Assembly: GCA_018830005.1 (NCBI GenBank)
Contig: JAHJTE010000002.1
Location: forward strand, 331,809 to 395,808
DNA: 64,000 bases
Origin: Candidatus Omnitrophota bacterium
GTDB taxonomy: Bacteria; Omnitrophota; Gorgyraeia; JAHJTE01
Direction: 5' to 3'
The position numbers and the translations under genes are program-made. The notes below the pieces were generated by a model. That model was not told the DNA's origin. It searched no databases and saw only the letters and a list, made by a program, of their open reading frames with translations. Shown piece by piece: positions 30,184 through 39,498 of this stretch (position 1 is the stretch's first letter; every line of letters begins with the position of its first letter).

Positions 30184-31087
30184 ACCTGAGTGCCTCCTTA
30201 ACTGCGCATCTAATAGCTTTTGAGGAAATCCCGTAATAATCTCTCATGCCTTTCCTATTTTTAATCTTATGTATAAATTCATTACTTATGCCCATTTTCT
30301 TTAATCTAATGCTGAGGCCTTGCTCAAGAATCCAATCAGCAATGATACTACCTAGCCCGCCATCTATGAAATGTTCCTCAACCGTTATTACGGTATGTAT
30401 ATTCTTTAGCTCCTTAAGAAGAGCTGGGAAATCCAGAGGACAAATCTTAGGAACAGATATTACCTTCACTGTCCCCTTAAAACCTTCTACTGCAGAGATT
30501 ACTTCCTCCCCAATTGAACCGTGAAATAAAACTGCCACTTCCTTGCCTTCTCTTATTACTATAGGTTTCTCTATTGTCTTTGGCGGCCTTTTGTGAATCC
30601 TAGGCTCACCGCTTTTGGCAAGGCGTATATAAACCGGTAACTTACTAGAAAAAGCATACTCAGCACATTTTTCTGCCTCAAGCGGATCTGAAGGAGAAAG
30701 TATGACTAAATTAGGTAAACTCCTTGCAATTTGTATATCCTCAATAGAATAATGTGTGACACCTTGCGGTGCATACGTCAGTCCACTTCCAATCCCCACT
30801 AAAGTAATCGGTAATCTCTGATAACAGATATCATTTCTAACCTGTTCATAGCACCTGAAAAGAAGAAAAGGAATGATATTGTATAAAAAGATCTTATACC
30901 CGGCAAGCGCTAAGCCAGCGGAAAAACTTATCATATTCTGTTCGGCAACGCCAAGGTTTAAGAATCTATCTGGAAACGTCTTTTTAAATTCATCCAAGAC
31001 CCCGAAGCCAGCGTCTCCGGTTATTAAGAAGATTCTTTTATTCTCTCTGGCGCAATCTGTTATTCTACTGATTACACTATCTCTCAT
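30176..31087 (-). CDS. Transketolase, C-terminal section (split transketolase subunit B)
   Basis: Pyrimidine-binding and C-terminal transketolase domains (VAEQNM…); 4-bp overlap with the N-terminal-section gene. Confidence 0.8.
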   Translation of the reverse strand: MRDSVISRITDCARENKRIFLITGDAGFGVLDEFKKTFPDRFLNLGVAEQNMISFSAGLALAGYKIFLYNIIPFLLFRCYEQVRNDICYQRLPITLVGIGSGLTYAPQGVTHYSIEDIQIARSLPNLVILSPSDPLEAEKCAEYAFSSKLPVYIRLAKSGEPRIHKRPPKTIEKPIVIREGKEVAVLFHGSIGEEVISAVEGFKGTVKVISVPKICPLDFPALLKELKNIHTVITVEEHFIDGGLGSIIADWILEQGLSIRLKKMGISNEFIHKIKNRKGMRDYYGISSKAIRCAVKEALRYE

Positions 31088-31899
31088 TTTGCCTTAGGGC
31101 ATAAATTCTTAAGCGCTTCTCTTTTTAAATCATCCGTAACAATAAAATAATGCCATTTATTCTCATTTTCCATGAAGGGAACGCCTTTGCCTTTCACTGT
31201 CTGAGCTATTATTATTTTAGGCCTTCCTTTAGAAGGCTCTTTTAGGGCTTTAAAAATCTGCGTAAAATTATGCCCATCAACTTTATGTGTCTGCCATCCA
31301 AACGCCTCCCATTTTTCAATAATAGGCTCAAAATAGCATATCTCTGTTGGCCGGCCGTAACCTTGAAGATTGTTATAATCTAGGATTGCAGTAAGATTAT
31401 CTACTCCTAATTTTGAAGCAAATAAGGCACCTTCCCAGATAGAACCCTCTTGTGATTCTCCGTCACCAATCAAAGTAAAAATTCTTCTCTTATCTTTTTT
31501 GAGTTTATAGCCGTAGGCCATTCCGATTGCCATATTAAACCCATGCCCTAAAGAACCACAGGATGCCTCAATCGGCTTTGCGCTGAATCTATCAAGATGA
31601 GCAGGTAATGTTCCATCATTTTGAAAATATCTCTTTAAGGTATCCTGGCTAATAAACTTCTTTAAAGCAAAAACAGCATAAAGCGCCATAGCTGCATGCG
31701 CTTTACTAAGTATGAATATATCTCTGTTTTTCCAATCCCCTAGATCTATTTTAAGTTCATGGAAATAAAGAGCTACTAGTAAATCCACGCACGATAAAGA
31801 TGATCCTACATGTGCGCTTCCTGATCTACAGGCAACATCTAGAATCAATTTTCTTGCTTCATCTGCGATTCTTTTAAATTTAGTTTCTAGTCCTGGCAT
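31084..31899 (-). CDS. Transketolase, N-terminal section (split transketolase subunit A)
   Basis: GHVGSSLS and GDGESQEG TPP-binding motifs. Confidence 0.8.
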   Translation of the reverse strand: MPGLETKFKRIADEARKLILDVACRSGSAHVGSSLSCVDLLVALYFHELKIDLGDWKNRDIFILSKAHAAMALYAVFALKKFISQDTLKRYFQNDGTLPAHLDRFSAKPIEASCGSLGHGFNMAIGMAYGYKLKKDKRRIFTLIGDGESQEGSIWEGALFASKLGVDNLTAILDYNNLQGYGRPTEICYFEPIIEKWEAFGWQTHKVDGHNFTQIFKALKEPSKGRPKIIIAQTVKGKGVPFMENENKWHYFIVTDDLKREALKNLCPKAK

Positions 31900-31919
31900 A
31901 TTTGTTTTAAAGAAAACTT

Positions 31920-33008
31920 TTATACAAAATTTACGTGTTCTGGCGGATGTTTTAATCTCCAGAGATACCTATTTACTTCATCCAAACGGCAAACTTCGCG
32001 ACACTCATCTATATTCCATTTGCTCTTCATCATCTTACGAATTGCCTTTCTTTTCTTTCCCTTCCATATCTTACTAAATGTTGCTTTGTTAATATTGCCA
32101 TAGCGAAAACGTTCCTCTCCTAAAAAGCTGCTACAGGCATATAAGTCGCCATTTGAAGCAAGATAGGCCCAAAAAGGAAGTCCTAAACATTTCCTGTAAG
32201 GTCTCGGTTGCGTGATCTTTGACATAGTATGTTTTCTAAATATTATTCTAAAATCTTCTCTTTTATATTTCTTCAGGCTCTCTTCTAAGGATAGCAATCT
32301 CTTGTAATCAAGCTTGGATTTAAGACGGTTAATACTTAAAGGGTGTTGCGAATAGGGCTTTATAATAAGGTAATCAGCTCCAATGTCCCTTAAGATCTTT
32401 GCTACTTTTTCTACCTCATTATAATTCTCATTTAAAAGCAGAAATTGAACACCGATAGTGCAGGCGTATCCCATTTTCTTTTTTAATCTAACCGCCTCTT
32501 TAATATTATTGATAACCTTGTTAAAATCGTTTTGCTTAGTGCGGTGAATCAAAGAATAGGTCTTTGCACTTCCAGCGTTAAGGCTTATCCTCAGCCAGCT
32601 AAGTGAAGAAAGAATCTGCCCTGAGATATGTTTAGTTAACAATACGCCATTTGTAGTAATGGCTACATCTAGACCATTTTTCTTTGCGTATTTTACTAAG
32701 GAGGCTAGGTCTTTATTAAGCAAGGGCTCCCCCTCACCGGCAAACATTATGCTTTTTACTCCTCTGGCGGCAATGTCTTTTATAAATCCTTTCAGGATTT
32801 TGGTGTCTAGGCGGCATGCCTTATATCCTAAATAGTCTAGGCCGCAAAAAATACAACGATGATTACATCCACCATAAGGCGTAATCTCCATATAAATAGG
32901 ATAGATATCTTTTCCTAGCAGCCAATCAGAAACGCGTTGCGGATGATAGATTAATTTTTGACTTTCAATTCTATATTCATCCATTGTTTTTAATAAAATA
33001 ATCAACAA
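31920..33008 (-). CDS. Radical SAM enzyme with a SPASM/twitch-like C-terminus (paralog 2)
   Basis: GGCNHRCIFC cluster motif; C…NGDLYACSSF auxiliary motif; the identical C-terminal tail …HPPEHVNFV to the 28179..29270 product. The likely true start is the internal MDEYRIE Met at 32984. Confidence 0.7.
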   Translation of the reverse strand: MLIILLKTMDEYRIESQKLIYHPQRVSDWLLGKDIYPIYMEITPYGGCNHRCIFCGLDYLGYKACRLDTKILKGFIKDIAARGVKSIMFAGEGEPLLNKDLASLVKYAKKNGLDVAITTNGVLLTKHISGQILSSLSWLRISLNAGSAKTYSLIHRTKQNDFNKVINNIKEAVRLKKKMGYACTIGVQFLLLNENYNEVEKVAKILRDIGADYLIIKPYSQHPLSINRLKSKLDYKRLLSLEESLKKYKREDFRIIFRKHTMSKITQPRPYRKCLGLPFWAYLASNGDLYACSSFLGEERFRYGNINKATFSKIWKGKKRKAIRKMMKSKWNIDECREVCRLDEVNRYLWRLKHPPEHVNFV

Positions 33009-33537
33009 TTAAATGACAGATTGCAAGATGGGTAATCTCTGCGTATCCATAAGAAGAAGACGGAACATAAAAATTTATATCCCCTAATGTCCTCAAGGGA
33101 TTACCTTTTTCAAATCCAGAGAGGGTAATTATAAAGCAGCCTCGACCCCTTACCTCTTCTGTGGCATTTAAAATATTTTTTGATTTTCCAGAGCTACTTA
33201 TAGAAAATAAAATATCGCCCTTTCTAGAGAGCATCTCTAGAGGCTTTTGAAATACTGCCTCGTATCCCAAATCATTACTCAAACAAGTAAGCAAACTAGC
33301 ATCATTAAAGACAATGGCTCTCACCTTGGCGTTTTTCAAGAAATCCGTGGCAATATGGCTGGCAATAGATGCGCTTCCGCCATTGCCGATAAGCATAATC
33401 TTATTCTCTTTTTTATCTAGTGCTGTAATTAAACTGGTTATTTCAGAAATTGCCTTATCAAAAGATATAATCTTACCCATCTTTTCAGTTATCTCTATTT
33501 TTGAAAAAAGATCTGATAATTCTTTAAAATAGTGCAT
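32977..33537 (-). CDS. gmhA: Sedoheptulose-7-phosphate isomerase (SIS domain)
   Basis: 186 aa SIS-domain protein with GNGGSA…SSSGKS motifs, typical of GmhA/LpcA. Confidence 0.8.
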   Translation of the reverse strand: MHYFKELSDLFSKIEITEKMGKIISFDKAISEITSLITALDKKENKIMLIGNGGSASIASHIATDFLKNAKVRAIVFNDASLLTCLSNDLGYEAVFQKPLEMLSRKGDILFSISSSGKSKNILNATEEVRGRGCFIITLSGFEKGNPLRTLGDINFYVPSSSYGYAEITHLAICHLIVDYFIKNNG

Positions 33538-33549
33538 TTTATTTTCCTC

Positions 33550-35085
33550 TTATTTAAGAAGAGTTAATATATATTTAAATAAAGGCCCTAGCTCTACAGA
33601 AGAGCGATTTCCCACGATCAAAACCTTCATTGCCCCTGCGGCATTGCCTATAAAACCTACGACTTGCATTGGATTATCATTCAGTACCCAAGGTGATGTC
33701 AGGGAAAAATAGGCATCTCCTGCCCCAATCCTATCTACCACCTCTTTAGAGAAAACCGGAATCTCACTAAAACCATCTTTTTTCGAATATATCAAAGAAC
33801 CTCTGTGGCCTCGCGTAATAATTATCTTTTCACATTTCAGCTTCTTGCTTATTTCAAGAATTAATCTTTCTAAGTTAGAAAATTTATCATGACATGCAAG
33901 CCTTATTTCAGGTTCATCAATACAGATATAGTCAGCTCTAGGAAATTTCGTAATAAGATTAAAACCGAGGTTTGCGCTATTGGTCTGGACATTAACAGCT
34001 AAATGCGGCGCATTCTTAGAAAGCACATCCACTACCTTAGGTGTAATCAATCCATGGCCAAAATCAGCCACCAGCACCATATCAAATTCCCTAAGCTGAG
34101 ACTTTAAATAGCCACATATCTCATTTTCTAATTCTCTCGGCAAATGATTTGCATCTTCTAGGTAGCAAATTTCAAATAATTTATTCAAAAAATTAGGGTC
34201 AACAAATCTACGTTTAACTACCGTAGGGGCTTCTTTATTATAATAAAACTTGGTTTTTATATTTTTCTTGAGATGACTCTTAATAAAATCTGCGTAGTCA
34301 TTTTTCTTGCCGATACAACTAAGCAAAGTTACCTTCTTAGAAAACCCTGCTAAGTGATTAGCAGCAGCTAAAGCGCCACCTGCGAATGTCTCCTCATTTA
34401 AGAATCTAGTAGCAATTATGTTGTCCTTGGCAGACTTTCCCATACCCACACAGTAGTGATATTCATCTATGATTATGTCTCCTATGACAAGGATCTTTAT
34501 ATCTTGTATTTTCTTGAATCGATCAATTATATCTTTGGCAGGATACCGCCTCTTAAATTTATTAAGAAAATCTCTTGCCTCTTCCGAATAAGGAGCAAGA
34601 AATGTATTTATAATATTGGAAGAACTAAAGGTAATTTCATCAGTAAAATGAAGCATGCCGCCAACAGATTTAACTACTGCCTCTTCTTCGTAGATCTTGC
34701 CTGTAATATCGTCTTCCTTTCTTGCATAATCGCTGCCCTTAACATAGAAGTGCGGTTTTATCTTTTTCAAGGTCTCGACTGCTGTTGGCCATTCATTTAT
34801 TGCTACAAAATCAACTGCCTCTATAGCTGCAATGCTTTCTGCACGTAATTGCTGATTAAATATGGGCCTGCCCGGACCCCTATTCACATGTTCATCGCGT
34901 GTTAACGTAACTACCAGAATATCCCCCTTTTCCTTTGCCGCTTCGAAATGCTTCAGATGTCCTGGATGTAGAAGATCAAATACGCCATGGCAATGAACTA
35001 TTCTTTTGCCCTTTTTCCTAAAACCTTCTAGGATTTTGCTAAGTTCATTGAGTGTTTTAATTTTTGAATCAATATTTTTACCCAT
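33550..35085 (-). CDS. Bifunctional heptose-phosphate nucleotidyltransferase / PfkB-family sugar kinase (HldE-like, but with inverted domain order)
   Basis: An N-terminal cytidylyltransferase-like domain with HCHGVFDLLHPGH (HxGH); a C-terminal ribokinase/PfkB domain with DRIGAGDAY (GAGD anion hole). Confidence 0.7.
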   Translation of the reverse strand: MGKNIDSKIKTLNELSKILEGFRKKGKRIVHCHGVFDLLHPGHLKHFEAAKEKGDILVVTLTRDEHVNRGPGRPIFNQQLRAESIAAIEAVDFVAINEWPTAVETLKKIKPHFYVKGSDYARKEDDITGKIYEEEAVVKSVGGMLHFTDEITFSSSNIINTFLAPYSEEARDFLNKFKRRYPAKDIIDRFKKIQDIKILVIGDIIIDEYHYCVGMGKSAKDNIIATRFLNEETFAGGALAAANHLAGFSKKVTLLSCIGKKNDYADFIKSHLKKNIKTKFYYNKEAPTVVKRRFVDPNFLNKLFEICYLEDANHLPRELENEICGYLKSQLREFDMVLVADFGHGLITPKVVDVLSKNAPHLAVNVQTNSANLGFNLITKFPRADYICIDEPEIRLACHDKFSNLERLILEISKKLKCEKIIITRGHRGSLIYSKKDGFSEIPVFSKEVVDRIGAGDAYFSLTSPWVLNDNPMQVVGFIGNAAGAMKVLIVGNRSSVELGPLFKYILTLLK

Positions 35086-35095
35086 AACTATCCTT

Positions 35096-36091
35096 TTATT
35101 TAGAGAGATACTTAAACCACTCTTTCGTGGTCTCTCCTATCTTCTCCGGAGTCCATACCGGAGCATCCTTCCAGTAATCTATGTTTTCTAAAATCTTATC
35201 GACTCCCGCTTGAAATGAAACTTGAGGTTGCCAGGAAAGTTTCTCGCTAATCTTATGTATATCCGCCCACGTGCAATCAGGCTCACCCGGCCTTTTAGGG
35301 ATATGTACAACCTCCCCGCCTAAAATGGAAACCAGCTTATTTACGCTCTGTGGATTGCCTGTGCCTACATTGAAAATTCCTGTTTTTACCTTAGAGCTTG
35401 CAGCCCTAACAAAGGCACTTACAACATCAGAGACATAGATAAAATCTCTTTTTTGCTCACCGTCACCAACTACTGTAAAAGGCATAGACTTTAACTTTTG
35501 TGCTAAAAATACTCCAAAAACAGCTCCGTAGGTACCGGATGTCCTTGAACGCGGACCGTAGACATTAAATAATCTTAATGATATAACCGGCATCTTATAT
35601 ACTTTACCCCAATGAAAAACTATTTGTTCTCCTAAATATTTTGTTAATGCATAAGGATATTGGGGACTAATCTTAGCTGTCTCTTTAGTAGGCAAAACCT
35701 TGGCTATACCGTAACAAGAAGAAGATGCGGCATAAATCAACTTTTTAACTTTAGAAACTCTAGAGGCCTCAGCCACACAGGCTGTACCTGTAACATTTGA
35801 ATCATAGTATTTTATGGGATTAACTATTGAAGGAACAATATCAGCTAATGCTCCAAGATGAAATACTATATCTATTCCTTTAAAATATTCTATTATCTTA
35901 TCAAGTTTTGTTATGTCCTCTTTAATCAAGGTAAAATTCTTATTTTTTTTCTGATGAGCTAAGTTCTCAGCCCTACCAGTTGAAAAGTTATCAATTACAG
36001 TAACCTTATTGCCCTCTAAAAGCAAGCAGTCAACTAAATGACTACCTATAAAACCTGCCCCACCTGTAACTAAACACCTTTTCATCTTCAT
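35096..36091 (-). CDS. NAD-dependent epimerase/dehydratase (UDP-glucuronate decarboxylase / heptose epimerase-like extended SDR)
   Basis: LVTGGAGFIGSHL and YALTK catalytic motif. It is the first gene of the long operon. Confidence 0.75.
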   Translation of the reverse strand: MKMKRCLVTGGAGFIGSHLVDCLLLEGNKVTVIDNFSTGRAENLAHQKKNKNFTLIKEDITKLDKIIEYFKGIDIVFHLGALADIVPSIVNPIKYYDSNVTGTACVAEASRVSKVKKLIYAASSSCYGIAKVLPTKETAKISPQYPYALTKYLGEQIVFHWGKVYKMPVISLRLFNVYGPRSRTSGTYGAVFGVFLAQKLKSMPFTVVGDGEQKRDFIYVSDVVSAFVRAASSKVKTGIFNVGTGNPQSVNKLVSILGGEVVHIPKRPGEPDCTWADIHKISEKLSWQPQVSFQAGVDKILENIDYWKDAPVWTPEKIGETTKEWFKYLSK

Positions 36092-36276
36092 TTTTCCCTT
36101 ATTATCATCTAGTCAGAGCTTTTAAAACACAAACATTAATGCTAACACAATTCAGTATGTAAATCAACTATCTTTTAGGGATAAAACTCTTTACAATACA
36201 ATCAGTTACAACAATTTTATACGTTAAAAATCCGCTCAATTTTTGCCTAATTTTGGGTATAATCTTTGACTATTTT
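36092..36276 (-). promoter_or_regulatory. Only sizeable intergenic gap (185 bp) upstream of the glycan operon; probable promoter/leader region
   Basis: AT-rich and non-coding, positioned between the manC stop and the start of the first operon gene. I could not pin down convincing -35/-10 hexamers by eye. Confidence 0.3.
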
Positions 36277-37710
36277 TCACCTTAGGAAATCATCATCGAA
36301 TCTTTTTATGTCATCTTCTTCCAAGTATTTCCCAGTCTGCACCTCAACAATCTTAAGCGTGGAATTTCTTGGATTCTCCAAACGGTGCTTCGTGCCCTTT
36401 GGGATATAGATACTCTGATTGCTCTTAATGAGTTTTTTCTTGCCGCAAGAGATAACCTTAGCGCAACCCGAAACCACAACCCAGTGTTCAGCGCGCTTAG
36501 AGTGGCTCTGAAGACTAAGACGTTTGCCTGATTCTATCTGGACTAATTTAATCTTAAATCCAGGGGCTGTTTGTAAGACTGTATAAGAGCCCCAGGGTCG
36601 CTTTTCAGTTAAATGTCTTATATGTTCTTTTCGCTTAGAAGACTTTAATTTCTCAATGATTTTCTTTACATCCTGTGATCTGGATCTGTCACATACCATT
36701 AAGGCATCAGGGGTATCGGCAATAATCAAATCCTCTAAACCGATTGTAGCAATCAATCTCTTACCTCGGCTGAAAACACAAATTCCCTTGCTATCCAAAT
36801 CCACAGAATCTGCCTGGATTAAGTTTCCATGCTTATCCTTGCCTAAAACATCCTCAAGGGCATCCCAGCTACCTAGGTCTGCCCAGCTAAAGGTTGCAGG
36901 TAAAAGAGCAATTTTTCCTGAGCGTTCCAGAATACCGTAATCAACTGATATCGGCTTAACTCTATGCCAAACCTTATTAATATCCTCAATTGAGTTTATG
37001 GACATTAATTGTGAATATAGTGCCGGTAGATAGCGTTTTAACTCCTCAAGAAAAGCCGCTACCTTCCAGACAAAAATACCGCTATTCCAAAAGTAATCCC
37101 GATCAGCCATATACTTTTTCGCCTTCTCTAAACTCGGCTTCTCCAGGAATCTATCAACCTTGTAATAACAAACTCTTTTATTTGTTCTTTTGTGAGGTCG
37201 CTTTATTTTTATATAACCATATCCGGTTGAGATTCTTTTTGGCTTTATGCCTAATGTCACCAAAAAACCAAGATCAGCAACATCTATAGCCCTAAGCAAA
37301 CTCATCTTAAATTTAGGAAGATCTCTAATGAAATGATCAGATGGCAGAACGATTAATGTTGCATCTTTATCTAGCTGCTCAATCAATCTTGCGCAATATC
37401 CTATAGCAGGAGCAGTGTTTTTCGCCTCGGGCTCTAATAATATATTTACTTCAGGAATATGAAACTTTTTTATCTGCCTCTTTAATTCGAAGAAATAAGA
37501 GAATCTGGTAATAATGTAGATCTGCCTAGGCCTTACTAATCCCTGAAGACGAAAGAGTGTATTTTGAATTAAGGAACCTCCTTCTCCCAGTTCCATAAAT
37601 TGCTTTGGCTCAAGCTCCCTGGAAAAAGGCCAAAAACGACTACCCACGCCGCCGGCTAAAATCAAGGCAAAAATATTTTTGTTGGAATGCCTATCACTGG
37701 CCATAAACAA
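36277..37710 (-). CDS. manC: Mannose-1-phosphate guanylyltransferase / mannose-6-phosphate isomerase (type II PMI-GMP)
   Basis: LAGGVGSRFWP N-terminal nucleotidyltransferase motif and a C-terminal cupin PMI domain (QSHSKRAEHWVVVSG). Confidence 0.85.
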   Translation of the reverse strand: MFMASDRHSNKNIFALILAGGVGSRFWPFSRELEPKQFMELGEGGSLIQNTLFRLQGLVRPRQIYIITRFSYFFELKRQIKKFHIPEVNILLEPEAKNTAPAIGYCARLIEQLDKDATLIVLPSDHFIRDLPKFKMSLLRAIDVADLGFLVTLGIKPKRISTGYGYIKIKRPHKRTNKRVCYYKVDRFLEKPSLEKAKKYMADRDYFWNSGIFVWKVAAFLEELKRYLPALYSQLMSINSIEDINKVWHRVKPISVDYGILERSGKIALLPATFSWADLGSWDALEDVLGKDKHGNLIQADSVDLDSKGICVFSRGKRLIATIGLEDLIIADTPDALMVCDRSRSQDVKKIIEKLKSSKRKEHIRHLTEKRPWGSYTVLQTAPGFKIKLVQIESGKRLSLQSHSKRAEHWVVVSGCAKVISCGKKKLIKSNQSIYIPKGTKHRLENPRNSTLKIVEVQTGKYLEEDDIKRFDDDFLR

Positions 37711-37714
37711 CTCC

Positions 37715-38467
37715 TTATTTTAACGCTAAAGAGATTATCTTCTTATTCATGAAGGCCTCGCCTATCAAAACTGCATCAATGCCTGCCTTCTTGAGATTAG
37801 AAATATCACTATTTCTTTTTATGCCACTCTCGCTAACTACTAACTTCCCTTTAGGAATTAATTTCATAAGCCGGGGTGTAGTCTTTAAATCTATTCGGAA
37901 GGTTTTTAGATTTCTATTGTTTATGCCTATAATACGAGGTTTAATAGCAAGCGCCTTTTTCAAGTCACTCTTTGAAAAAACCTCAACAACGCAATCCATG
38001 CCTAATTTCTCTGCAAGATCATATAGGATCTTAAGCCTCTTTTGGGTCAGAATTCTAGCAATTAAAAGAATTGCATCAGCACCAAAGGCACGTGATTCGT
38101 ATACCTGATATTCATCGATTATGAAATCTTTACGCAAGATAGGTAATTTTACTTTTGCCTTAATCTTACTTATATATGAAAGATGACCTTTAAAAAATTT
38201 TCTATCAGTAAGCACTGAGAGGGCATCTGCACCTGCCTTCTCTAGCTGCAAAGCCAACTGTACTGGATTGAAATTACTGCGTATGATGCCTGCTGAAGGC
38301 GAAGCCTTCTTAACCTCGGCAATAACACAAAGCTTATTTCTCTTAGCTATAGCCTTTTTAAAATCTCTAGGCCTTGCTCTATACCTTAAACTAGTCAGAG
38401 ATCTTCTCTTTTTTGCCTTGCTAATTTCGATTCTTTTATTTTTGATTATATTGCTTAAGATATCCAC
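37715..38467 (-). CDS. trpC: Indole-3-glycerol phosphate synthase
   Basis: CVIAEVKKASPS, RKDFIIDEYQ, and a GINNRNL C-terminal region. Confidence 0.85.
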   Translation of the reverse strand: MDILSNIIKNKRIEISKAKKRRSLTSLRYRARPRDFKKAIAKRNKLCVIAEVKKASPSAGIIRSNFNPVQLALQLEKAGADALSVLTDRKFFKGHLSYISKIKAKVKLPILRKDFIIDEYQVYESRAFGADAILLIARILTQKRLKILYDLAEKLGMDCVVEVFSKSDLKKALAIKPRIIGINNRNLKTFRIDLKTTPRLMKLIPKGKLVVSESGIKRNSDISNLKKAGIDAVLIGEAFMNKKIISLALK

Positions 38468-38471
38468 TCTC

Positions 38472-39482
38472 TCACCTGTTAGTGAACGCCTTCAAGTCTT
38501 GCAACTTATCCAAGGCCTTACCTGAGCCTATGGATTCTCGCGCCTTTTCTATTCCTGCTTCAATCGTTGCCGCGCTATCTGCTACATAAATTGCAACGCC
38601 TGCATTAAGAAGAACAATATCCTTTTTAGGGCCGTCTTTACCTTTTAAGACTTCCAACACAATCTGTGCATTAAAGACTGCATCGCCGCCCTTAAGATCT
38701 GCAAGCCTTGCCTGACTTATACCAAATTTATCAGGTTCAATCGTAAAATTTTTAAAATCATTATCTTTATATTCACAAACCAATGTATTGTCACAAGTCG
38801 TAATCTCATCTAAGCCGTCCTCACCATGTACGACCATTGCATGAGAAAGTCCTAAATTTGCCAAGACGTGTATAAGAGGATCAATCAGCTTTCTATCAAA
38901 AACACCTATAATCTGATGAGTCGCAAACGCAGGATTAGTCAAAGGGCCTAAGATATTGAATATTGTGCGTGTCTTTAATCTCTTGCGCACTGGCATTGCA
39001 TATTTCATTGCTGGATGTAGATTAGGAGCAAATAAAAAAACAACACCAATCTCCTCTAATGCCTGTTCAATAGCCTTCGCGTCAATTAACAAATTAACCC
39101 CTAACGCCTCTAGGACATCAGCGCTACCACAAGAGGAAGAAACGCCTCTATTGCCATGTTTTGCAACCCTTATATCAGCTCCTGCTAAGACAAATGCAAC
39201 TATTGTTGAAATATTAAACGTTTGGGCATTATCTCCACCTGTGCCACAGGTATCAAAGATAATACCTGTGGGTGCTTTTATTCTTTTTACAAACTTGCGC
39301 ATTGTTAAGCTAGCACCAGTAATCTCATCGACTGTCTCGCCTTTAGCCTTCAAGAGCAGCAGAAAAGATTCAATATCAGACTCAGCCGCATGTCCAGTCA
39401 TAATCTCCTCCATGCAAATGCGCATCTCTCCTTGAGTTAAATCTGTTTTTTGTTCTAAGATTTTAATGGCTTCTTTTAACAT
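38472..39482 (-). CDS. trpD: Anthranilate phosphoribosyltransferase
   Basis: DTCGTGGD, NISTIVAFVLA, and KHGNRGVSS motifs. Confidence 0.85.
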   Translation of the reverse strand: MLKEAIKILEQKTDLTQGEMRICMEEIMTGHAAESDIESFLLLLKAKGETVDEITGASLTMRKFVKRIKAPTGIIFDTCGTGGDNAQTFNISTIVAFVLAGADIRVAKHGNRGVSSSCGSADVLEALGVNLLIDAKAIEQALEEIGVVFLFAPNLHPAMKYAMPVRKRLKTRTIFNILGPLTNPAFATHQIIGVFDRKLIDPLIHVLANLGLSHAMVVHGEDGLDEITTCDNTLVCEYKDNDFKNFTIEPDKFGISQARLADLKGGDAVFNAQIVLEVLKGKDGPKKDIVLLNAGVAIYVADSAATIEAGIEKARESIGSGKALDKLQDLKAFTNR

Positions 39483-39498
39483 ATTTGCCCTCTTAAGA

